A program made the position numbers and the translations under genes. The notes under the pieces were generated by a model. That model made no database searches, was not told the DNA's origin, and saw only the letters and a list, made by a program, of their open reading frames with translations. DNA of 64,000 bases from an uncultured Candidatus Saccharibacteria bacterium (lineage in GTDB: Bacteria > Patescibacteriota > Saccharimonadia > Saccharimonadales > Saccharimonadaceae), in the NCBI GenBank assembly GCA_964514875.1, contig CAZETG010000001.1:12187-76186 (forward strand), read 5' to 3'. Of the stretch, positions 57,155-64,000 are shown in pieces. Position 1 is the first letter of the stretch; each line of letters opens with the position of its first letter.

Positions 57155-58315
57155 GTGACAACACAGTATTTACTTGGTATTGACGAAGTTGGACGTGGCT
57201 CTTGGGCGGGGCCACTTGTCATAGGCGCTGTCATTTTAGGAGGAAAATTTGCAAATTTTACTGAGCTTAAAACACGGCTCGAGCGGATATCATTAGCCTC
57301 GCAAGGCGATGGAACTTCTTCCGATCAAAATGCTAAGCGGGCAAAATTAACGCCGGCCCAGCAGCAAGCAATTTTCCTGCAATCCGACCTCTTTTGTGAT
57401 TCCGAACAAGTCAAACTTTACCAAAACTGGCTCAAGCTCACTGATTCCAAAAAACTCACGGAAAAGAAACGCCAAGAGCTCAATAATTTCATTCTTGATA
57501 ACGCCGCCGCAACCGCACTTGGCTGGGTTACCGCTAGCGAAATCGATCTCTACGGTCTCAGTGCCGCGCTCAAACTCGCCGCTCGCCGTGCCGTCGAGCA
57601 GATTATCGCTCAAAATCACGAAATTACCAAAATCGTCATTGACGGCACGATTAACTTCCTCGACAAAACTCCGCTTAGTGACCGCGTAACCCTACTCCCA
57701 AAAGCCGACTTTCTCGTCAAAGAAGTCAGCGCTGCTTCCATTACCGCCAAAGTCGCGCGCGACAATTACATGAAAAACTTAGCGTCACAATATCCAAACT
57801 ATGGCTTCGATAGGCACGTCGGCTACGGCACTGCCGCGCATAAGCGAGCCCTGCTAGATTACGGCATTTGTCCTGAGCACCGTTTAAGTTTTCGTCCAGT
57901 GCAAACCATCGCGCAAGACCCCCTTGATTCCAGCATCAAGAATCACAACACCGCCACTTTGAGTAATAACCACGTTAAACAGGGGAGCTTAGCGGAGAAT
58001 CTTGTCGCTGATTATCTCGTCCGTCAGGGTCACGAAATTGTTGCACAAAATTTCAAGACCAAAATCTGCGAAATCGACATCATTTCGCGGCAGGGCAATA
58101 ATATTATCTTTACAGAAGTAAAATACCGACTCAATCATCAACACGGCACCGCGCTCGAGCAAATTACCCCTCAAAAACGCCAGCAAATGCAGCGCGCCGC
58201 TGAGATTTATCTCGCTCTACATCCCGTATATCACAATCTTCAACCCCTACTCGCCGCCGCCAGCGTCTCCGGCTTACAACCCAGACTCGAAGATTGGTTC
58301 ATTATAACTGACTAA
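57155..58315 (+). CDS. rnhB: Ribonuclease HII fused to a YraN (UPF0102) endonuclease-like domain
   Basis: GTG start. The N-terminal part has GIDEVGRGSWAGPLV and DSKKLTEKKR. The C-terminal ~110 aa have LAENLVADYLVRQGHEIVAQNFKTKICEIDIISRQGNNIIFTEVKYR. Confidence 0.8.
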   Translation: MTTQYLLGIDEVGRGSWAGPLVIGAVILGGKFANFTELKTRLERISLASQGDGTSSDQNAKRAKLTPAQQQAIFLQSDLFCDSEQVKLYQNWLKLTDSKKLTEKKRQELNNFILDNAAATALGWVTASEIDLYGLSAALKLAARRAVEQIIAQNHEITKIVIDGTINFLDKTPLSDRVTLLPKADFLVKEVSAASITAKVARDNYMKNLASQYPNYGFDRHVGYGTAAHKRALLDYGICPEHRLSFRPVQTIAQDPLDSSIKNHNTATLSNNHVKQGSLAENLVADYLVRQGHEIVAQNFKTKICEIDIISRQGNNIIFTEVKYRLNHQHGTALEQITPQKRQQMQRAAEIYLALHPVYHNLQPLLAAASVSGLQPRLEDWFIITD

Positions 58316-58408
58316 CGGTCATTTTTATAGCCAGAGTCTAGACTAACAGAGATACGTAACCTCCTAAAATTGACCGTTGGTCATTTATATATTACCCATC
58401 CATATTCA

Positions 58409-58621
58409 TACCATTATCCCTACCGTACTAGACAGCGGAGGGGAAAACCGCTAAAGCGATATGTATTGTAATCAGACGGATTAAGTGCTGTAGCACTCAA
58501 AACAAGGCGATATGCGAACATAGCACTGACCACCGGCCCGCTTCGCGATGACCAGACCGCAGTCTCGCGACCAGTCTCTTGACCTACATGGCCGTCGATT
58601 CTAATATATCCGCTCCGCACG
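58409..58621 (-). repeat. PLRCLVR cassette c10
   Basis: 5' GTTCGTGCGGAGCGG and 3' CCCCTCCGCTGTCTAGTACGGTAGGGATAATGGTATGAATATGG. Length 213 nt. Frame reads VRSGYIRIDGH..VWSSR..GFPLRCLVR. Confidence 0.9.
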
Positions 58622-58743
58622 AACGCAAAACGCAAAACGCAATTCGCGTAATCCTATTTACAAATTAAAATTTTATAGTATAATTACACAAAGTGGGCGT
58701 ACTTTAACTCCCCAAATTCTTCTGAAAGGCAGGCTAAAATGCA

Positions 58744-60126
58744 ATGCAAAAACTCTCACATTGGCGGATAATAGTCCGAGTTTTACTCGGAACCATCGGT
58801 GCCGGTGTCATCATCCTAGGCTGCAGACATGTGATCATGGCAAGAAAGCTCAGTGCACTCAAAGACCAACCGAAAACCCTCATTTACGAAATGTACCCAT
58901 CTAGTTGGGAAGGCGGATTCCCAGCCATGACCGAACATTTATCGCGACTCGAGCAACTTCAAGTCGATTATGTCTGGCTGGCACCATGCTATCCCAGCGG
59001 AGGTATCGACGGAGGCTACGATGTAACCGATTATGAAGCGATTGATCCGCGCTATGGTACCCTGGAAGATTTCGACGTTTTCGTGCAAACTGCCAACGCC
59101 AAGGGTATCGACGTCATCATGGATCTCGTGCTCAACCACACTTCTGATCAGCACCCGTGGTTTCTGAAATCACTCCTCAGCCAAGCGCCCTATCGCGACT
59201 ATTATTTATGGTCCGACGCTGATCTTGGCTGGGGCACCATGTTCGACGGCAGTTCCGCTTTCGAGTGGAGCCCCAATCGCCAGCAATACTATTGTCATAT
59301 CTATCACAAGAATCAGCCCGATCTCAATTGGAACAACCCTGCCGTTGTAGCAGAATTTCAACAGATCATCGACTTTTGGACGCTCGAACACGGCCTCAAG
59401 GGTTTCCGCGTCGACAGCGCACAACTGATTGGCAAAGACTTCTCGGCAACACTTTTGCCACGCAACAATCTCGGCACCGCCGCGGGTTTACTCAAGTATT
59501 ATCAAAAATCTGAAACTCCCCAGATTTTGCATCAGCTCTTTGATGGCCGAGACCTGTTCACATTCGGCGAAATGACCGCACTTAACACTGATATGTTTAA
59601 TCAGATGGTTGCGCCAGACGGGCCATTGACCGCCGGATTAAATCTCACCGCTTCGAACGCATTTGATAAAAGATTCGGCTTCATTGACGCTTCACCCGAT
59701 CTCAATCGTCTCAAAAAGTCTTTGCATCACTGGAGCAAACATCCTAGCTTCGTCGCTATGCTCGAATCGCATGACGTACCGCGTTTCACCTCCCGCGCCG
59801 GAATCGATGGCAAGGAAGCATTGCAAATCCTTTTCGGCGTCAATCCGCGAATCGTTTGCCTTTATCAAGGTCAGGAAATCGGCACCATTAACACCGAGCT
59901 CAGTAATAATATTGACGATTATCGCGACATTCAAACCATCATGCGCTATGAAACCGCCATCAAAAACGGCCAAAATCCGCAAGACGCAATGGAAATCGCC
60001 AAAACCACCTCTCGCGACAATGCTCGGCAGCCCATCGATCTGCAAGAATATAGCAGACAAGAACAGCAAACCGATAGTTGTCTCAAGTACGCAATCAACC
60101 TTATTCAAGAATGGAAGGAACAATAA
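58744..60126 (+). CDS. GH13 alpha-glucosidase / oligo-1,6-glucosidase-like enzyme with an N-terminal TM anchor
   Basis: GH13 regions DVIMDLVLNHTS, GFRVDSAQLI, FGEMT and LESHDVPR. Confidence 0.85.
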   Translation: MQKLSHWRIIVRVLLGTIGAGVIILGCRHVIMARKLSALKDQPKTLIYEMYPSSWEGGFPAMTEHLSRLEQLQVDYVWLAPCYPSGGIDGGYDVTDYEAIDPRYGTLEDFDVFVQTANAKGIDVIMDLVLNHTSDQHPWFLKSLLSQAPYRDYYLWSDADLGWGTMFDGSSAFEWSPNRQQYYCHIYHKNQPDLNWNNPAVVAEFQQIIDFWTLEHGLKGFRVDSAQLIGKDFSATLLPRNNLGTAAGLLKYYQKSETPQILHQLFDGRDLFTFGEMTALNTDMFNQMVAPDGPLTAGLNLTASNAFDKRFGFIDASPDLNRLKKSLHHWSKHPSFVAMLESHDVPRFTSRAGIDGKEALQILFGVNPRIVCLYQGQEIGTINTELSNNIDDYRDIQTIMRYETAIKNGQNPQDAMEIAKTTSRDNARQPIDLQEYSRQEQQTDSCLKYAINLIQEWKEQ

Positions 60127-60132
60127 ACTCTC

Positions 60133-60160
60133 AGACCCAGACTTAACTCTGGGTCTTTTC
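60133..60160 (+). terminator. Rho-independent terminator of the GH13 gene
   Basis: AGACCCAGA-cttaac-TCTGGGTCT followed by TTTCTT. It abuts the 3' end of cassette c11. Confidence 0.7.
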
Positions 60161-60161
60161 T

Positions 60162-60368
60162 TACCATTATCCCTACCGTACTAGACAGCGGAGGGAAATG
60201 CCGAAGTAGCGGTCACTATTGATAGACGGATTAACTCCTGAAGCAGTAAAACCGAGGTTGAAACTACCTCGCAAGAGAGTATTGGAATAAGCAAGAGAAG
60301 ACCAGCTGAGTTCATCAATACCGGACCATAAAATATGAGCGTCAGGGTATATACGCCCGCTCCGCACG
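60162..60368 (-). repeat. PLRCLVR cassette c11
   Basis: 5' GTTCGTGCGGAGCGG and 3' TCCCTCCGCTGTCTAGTACGGTAGGGATAATGGTAAGAAAAG. Length 207 nt. Frame reads VRSGRIYPDAH..SWSSL..GISLRCLVR. Confidence 0.9.
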
Positions 60369-60476
60369 AACAGAAACCTAGGCATGGATCCCTATATCAG
60401 ATCATAGCACAGAATATCTATCAAAATCTTAGCCAAGAAAAGCCCGGCCAAATGACCGGGCAAAGTGTTTCCTGAA

Positions 60477-61121
60477 TTAGGAATCAAATTGATGCTGATT
60501 TGCAGAATCGTCGTGCGACGTCAGCTCACCAAGATCGTTCATGTTTTCTCCGGAGCGCAAATCATTACGAAGTATATCGGCTCCTGCGCCAAAAGCCTTG
60601 CAAACAATGCGAGCCTCGGCACGCCTAGCGTTTTCTTTCTTCTTTTCCGCGATCACCAAATCAGCCACAACATGACACATCTGACGATGTAACGGCTCAA
60701 ACAAAGCCTTGCAATACCTACCAGCTTTAAAATAAGCCATCATATAACCATAAACAAACGCCTCACGCAGTAGCTTGGGGTTATTATCAGGCAGAAGCAG
60801 GGAGCCAACCAGATATTTCCAAGCAATCTGTTCAATAGTCGTAGGTAACAAGTTGTCGAAGTTACTATCAACAAGGCTACGTCGACACTCGTCATGGGTC
60901 ATAAACAGAAGAGGTGACAAAACGCCCCGGTTATGCAATCCGTAAATATAACCGTCCACAACAGCCGTGTTGCAAGTAAGCGTCTCATAACATGCCATAT
61001 CGCCAACTCTCCAATAAGTCCGCCAGTGAGCCTTCGTATTAGGATATTCAGGCTCCATCATTTCGGCGTCAGTACGTGCCGCCTTAGCCTCCTCGTCGTG
61101 TTTCTGAAATTGCATACTCAT
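60477..61121 (-). CDS. Hypothetical protein (214 aa), no family recognised
   Basis: A long ORF with its own consensus promoter (61265-61293). The coding-like composition is the only other support. Confidence 0.55.
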   Translation of the reverse strand: MSMQFQKHDEEAKAARTDAEMMEPEYPNTKAHWRTYWRVGDMACYETLTCNTAVVDGYIYGLHNRGVLSPLLFMTHDECRRSLVDSNFDNLLPTTIEQIAWKYLVGSLLLPDNNPKLLREAFVYGYMMAYFKAGRYCKALFEPLHRQMCHVVADLVIAEKKKENARRAEARIVCKAFGAGADILRNDLRSGENMNDLGELTSHDDSANQHQFDS

Positions 61122-61264
61122 GGTTTTATCTTCCTTTCATTCAAGTCTCGTCTGCTCACCATGAATGAGCAAACGGTTCCTTGAATCAAAGAAAATTCCA
61201 CAAAATTACACGTATTTCAACATCAACATCTTAAAATTCCAGGCCATCTCCAGCCTATCTTCTC

Positions 61265-61293
61265 ATTATAGCACATATTACGCCAAAAATCAA
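61265..61293 (-). promoter_or_regulatory. Promoter TTGATT-17-TGcTATAAT for the gene at 60477-61121
   Basis: Minus strand reads TTGATTtttggcgtaatatgTGCTATAAT. Confidence 0.65.
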
Positions 61294-61562
61294 TATATTT
61301 TATGATATTTTTGCTTAAATAGCAAAAAATCAGTAATTATACCGTTTTACGCCTTCATCCCAGTTTTTCTCCTTTAAAACTAGCAGAAAATATGATAAAA
61401 TTATTACAAGAAAAGTTGTCCTTTGAAGATCAGCAAAAATCGTGCGAGTTGTAGCAGAAAAGGTCGTAGCAGCTCCGTTAGAAGCTACTGTTTACGGTAG
61501 AATTCCAATTTTAAAAGGAATTGGCAATGGTTTAATCAATTTTAACAAAAACGAAGGAAAGG

Positions 61563-62561
61563 TTGGGTTTGAACTTAAAGATTGGAATCATCGGGCTACC
61601 AAACGTCGGTAAATCGACGCTTTTCAACGCGCTAACTAACGCTGGCGCGCTCGCCGCCAATTATCCTTTTGCGACGATCGAGCCGAACGTCGGCATTGTG
61701 CCAGTGCCAGATTCGCGCTTGGAAGTTTTGGGCAAGATGTACGATACAGAAAAAATTATCCCTGCGACGGTCGAGTTTGTCGATATTGCTGGGCTAGTCG
61801 AGGGTGCTTCGAAAGGCGAAGGTCTGGGCAACAAATTCCTCGCTCACATCCGCGAATGTCAGATTATTTGCCACGTCGTGCGCGTTTTCCAGGACGACGA
61901 TGTCATTCGCGCCGAGGGATCAAAAGATCCTGAGCATGATATTGCTATTATTCAGACCGAGCTTGAGCTCGCCGACCTCGAAACCCGCAAGAAGGCCGAA
62001 GTCAAACGCAAGAAAAACTCTGGCAAAAACACTACCGAAGAAATTATTCCGTATCTCACCGACAAACCGACGATTTTTATATTCAATGTCGACGAAAACG
62101 AGCTCACCGACCAAAGTTTACAGCAAAAATTATCCGCTATGGTCGCACCACATCGAGCTATTTTTATCAACGCCAAGCTTGAGGCCGAAATGTCTGGCAT
62201 GTCCGCCGCCGAACGCAAAGAATTCCTCAAAGAGTACGGCGTTGCAGAAGATGCACTCAGTGAGCTCATCAAAGCCACTTATGATACACTTGGTCTACAA
62301 AGCTTCCTTACCGCCGGTAAGAAAGAAGTCCGCGCCTGGACCATCAAAAAAGGCTCCACCGCCCCGCAAGCCGCCGGCACAATTCACACGGATTTCGAGC
62401 GCGGATTCATCGCCGCCGAGGTCATGAAATATAACGATCTCGTCGAACTCGGCTCCGAGCAAGCCGTCAAAGCCGCCGGCAAACTCCGCACCGAAGGCAA
62501 AACTTACATTATGCAAGACGGCGACATCGTCGAATTCAAATTTAACGTCACCAAAAAATAA
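61563..62561 (+). CDS. ychF: Ribosome-binding ATPase YchF (short form, TTG start)
   Basis: [19 protein letters not shown]1 motif and a C-terminal TGS-like block [39 protein letters not shown]. Confidence 0.9.
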   Translation: MGLNLKIGIIGLPNVGKSTLFNALTNAGALAANYPFATIEPNVGIVPVPDSRLEVLGKMYDTEKIIPATVEFVDIAGLVEGASKGEGLGNKFLAHIRECQIICHVVRVFQDDDVIRAEGSKDPEHDIAIIQTELELADLETRKKAEVKRKKNSGKNTTEEIIPYLTDKPTIFIFNVDENELTDQSLQQKLSAMVAPHRAIFINAKLEAEMSGMSAAERKEFLKEYGVAEDALSELIKATYDTLGLQSFLTAGKKEVRAWTIKKGSTAPQAAGTIHTDFERGFIAAEVMKYNDLVELGSEQAVKAAGKLRTEGKTYIMQDGDIVEFKFNVTKK

Positions 62562-62563
62562 TT

Positions 62564-62776
62564 CGTGCGGAGCGGAAGCGCTAATCGTGACGGTTGTGTT
62601 GGTGACTCTGGTCGAGATGGTCATTATCCATCTGATCGAGCAACGGTGATTGAGACGACATTTCCTAGTAGATATGGTATGATGGTCGGAAAATCCAACA
62701 TTTATAGCTCATATTACTGGGCCGACCGTTGGTTCGGTATTCCCCTCCGCTGTCTAGTACGGTAGGGATAATGGTG
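62564..62776 (+). repeat. PLRCLVR cassette c12
   Basis: Begins 3 nt after the ychF TAA, in the same frame. 5' TTCGTGCGGAGCGG and 3' CCCCTCCGCTGTCTAGTACGGTAGGGATAATGGTG. Length 213 nt. Frame reads VRSGSANRDG..GIPLRCLVR. Confidence 0.9.
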
Positions 62777-62856
62777 TGGATAGATCGATCAAACAATACG
62801 GCAAAAGGCCGCCATTTCTGACGACCTTTCATCTACCTCTTCGGTGTAATTCTGGA

Positions 62857-63693
62857 CTACTCTTCTCGCAATAGCCCTTGTGTAACCAAAGCTCTCGTAT
62901 ATGCGCCGAGATAATGCACAAAGTCTGCATGCTGTGCATCGATAGTTAAACATGAACAACAATGACCCAAGGCTTGCTCCACCACTTCAACATCGGTCAA
63001 TTGATCATATTCGCTCAAAATCACGTGCGACTTTTCCTGCAGAAGCTGCGATACAGGCGTAACTGAATCTGCTATGGCCCGCAATTCAGACACAAACTCC
63101 GCCGCAGAATGTCCACGCAGTAGTCGTCGCGGGCGACAAATATTCAAACCGCACCCATAGACCACCAACATGAGACTAGCTGTTAGAAATTCCAACAATC
63201 CCGCCGGAAAATGTCGCCCCAGTATCATGACGTGCTCAGCGCCCAGACAAGGGTTAATCAAAAACAAACGCACTTGCCGGAAATATAATGGCCAAGCAGC
63301 TTTCAATGCCACTCTCGCCCCGCTTGAAATGCCGACCAAACTAATCGGAATCTCTTCAGGAAGAGTTTTTGAGAACGATGTATCTACATAACAATCAATC
63401 CTCAAATAACAAACAGTCGCCTCGACCAAAGCACCCTCATCGTAACGACCCCTACCGCGCACTAGCACAACCCTGCCCGGAAATTTCAAATATAATTCCC
63501 GAAACAGATGCTCCTCACCCAACAGCCCTAAATACAAGAACATTATACCGTCAGCAAGGTCACCATTTTTTAGCACAACAGTATCCGCCATATTAGTCTT
63601 ACCTTCCTCAGCGAAACGCCAGCGTGTATGATTAATTACAAACCAACCAAGAATCGAACACAACACTAATAAGAGAGCATTCACGCTCCACAC
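62857..63693 (-). CDS. Hypothetical membrane-anchored protein, possible alpha/beta hydrolase
   Basis: N-terminal TM helix and a GxSxG-like elbow VGISSGA. It has its own consensus promoter. Confidence 0.55.
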   Translation of the reverse strand: MWSVNALLLVLCSILGWFVINHTRWRFAEEGKTNMADTVVLKNGDLADGIMFLYLGLLGEEHLFRELYLKFPGRVVLVRGRGRYDEGALVEATVCYLRIDCYVDTSFSKTLPEEIPISLVGISSGARVALKAAWPLYFRQVRLFLINPCLGAEHVMILGRHFPAGLLEFLTASLMLVVYGCGLNICRPRRLLRGHSAAEFVSELRAIADSVTPVSQLLQEKSHVILSEYDQLTDVEVVEQALGHCCSCLTIDAQHADFVHYLGAYTRALVTQGLLREE

Positions 63694-63768
63694 CTCCTAA
63701 AGAACTAGTTTTCGCCTCATGCGCCCCTCCAATCAGCACATGTATGAATTAGCGAAGTCTTATCTCTT

Positions 63769-63797
63769 CATTATAGCACACATTACCTAAAAAGTCA
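63769..63797 (-). promoter_or_regulatory. Consensus promoter TTGACT-17-TGcTATAAT for the gene at 62857-63693
   Basis: Minus strand reads TTGACTttttaggtaatgtgTGCTATAAT. Confidence 0.65.
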
Positions 63798-64000
63798 ATA
63801 GTTACATATTAACTCACCACCTTGGCAACAAATAATTTGCATTTATCAAAAATCCATGCTAAACTAGAAAAGTACTTTAATAGAAAGGAAGTGAATTTAT
63901 AGTCGATACTCATGGTCAGATGCCTTAACATCAGGCCACGCATTGTTCAGCATTGATGATAATCAAGAGAGGGGATTACCATATGTCAATCAGGCACCAG

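Noticed and set aside
3156-62776. The cassettes could be variable regions (VRs) of a diversity-generating retroelement. They cover the C-terminal lectin-fold segment and have a conserved 3' block resembling an IMH.
   Set aside because: Copies differ at all base types and by whole-codon indels, with synonymous-rich divergence. DGR variation would be restricted to template adenines. No reverse transcriptase, template repeat or conserved downstream hairpin is present in the window. A DGR elsewhere in the genome cannot be excluded without a search.
3156-62776. The cassettes could be MITE-like mobile elements, since the ends form an imperfect 9-nt terminal inverted repeat (GCGGAGnGG).
   Set aside because: MITE copies are similar along their whole length. 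Here only the ends are conserved, and the interior shows a codon-structured, protein-like divergence with an intact frame in all 12 copies. I saw no obvious target-site duplications.

Overview
This is a 64-kb chromosomal segment from a small, tightly packed, moderately AT-rich bacterial genome. All protein calls rest on motif recognition by eye; no database search was run.

Most of the window is core housekeeping: rpoC (3' part), gatC-gatA-X-gatB plus a helicase, fusA, rpmE2, rpsB-tsf-frr-uppS-rseP, proS, greA, lysS, ldh, serS, murJ, uppP, radA, ruvC, ruvA, rplS, an rnhB-yraN fusion, cysS, rmuC and ychF. Many genes are joined by TAATG or ATGA overlaps. Many first genes sit 6-10 nt behind a TGnTAYAAT box, so they look leaderless. 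The gene content and style suggest a reduced Patescibacteria/Saccharibacteria-like organism, but that is inference only.

I saw no rRNA, tRNA, CRISPR array, transposase, integrase or reverse transcriptase. Accessory content:
- a Bce-type module: an intramembrane-sensing histidine kinase and OmpR-type regulator divergent from a BceAB-like ABC transporter
- a second MacB-type ABC pair
- two GT2 glycosyltransferases
- a membrane-anchored GH13 enzyme
- two CPBP proteases
- several orphan membrane or secreted proteins

The outstanding feature is a family of 12 dispersed intergenic elements of 204-213 nt, about 2.5 kb or roughly 4% of the window, on both strands.
- Each keeps one open frame of about 65 codons, VRSG...WSS...G[YF]PLRCLVR-stop.
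- Each is bounded by nucleotide-invariant ends: 5' CGTGCGGAGCG and 3' CCCTCCGCTGTCTAGTACGGTAGGGATAATGGTA.
- The interiors diverge with a protein-like, synonymous-rich, whole-codon-indel pattern.
- None has its own ribosome-binding site or N-terminal part.
- The peptides resemble the C-terminal ligand-binding half of C-type-lectin-fold (FISUMP/DUF1566/FGE-like) domains.

I interpret them as silent, 5'-truncated donor cassettes of a possible recombination-based surface-protein diversification system. No expression locus is visible in this window. Alternative explanations are listed under findings and rejected items.
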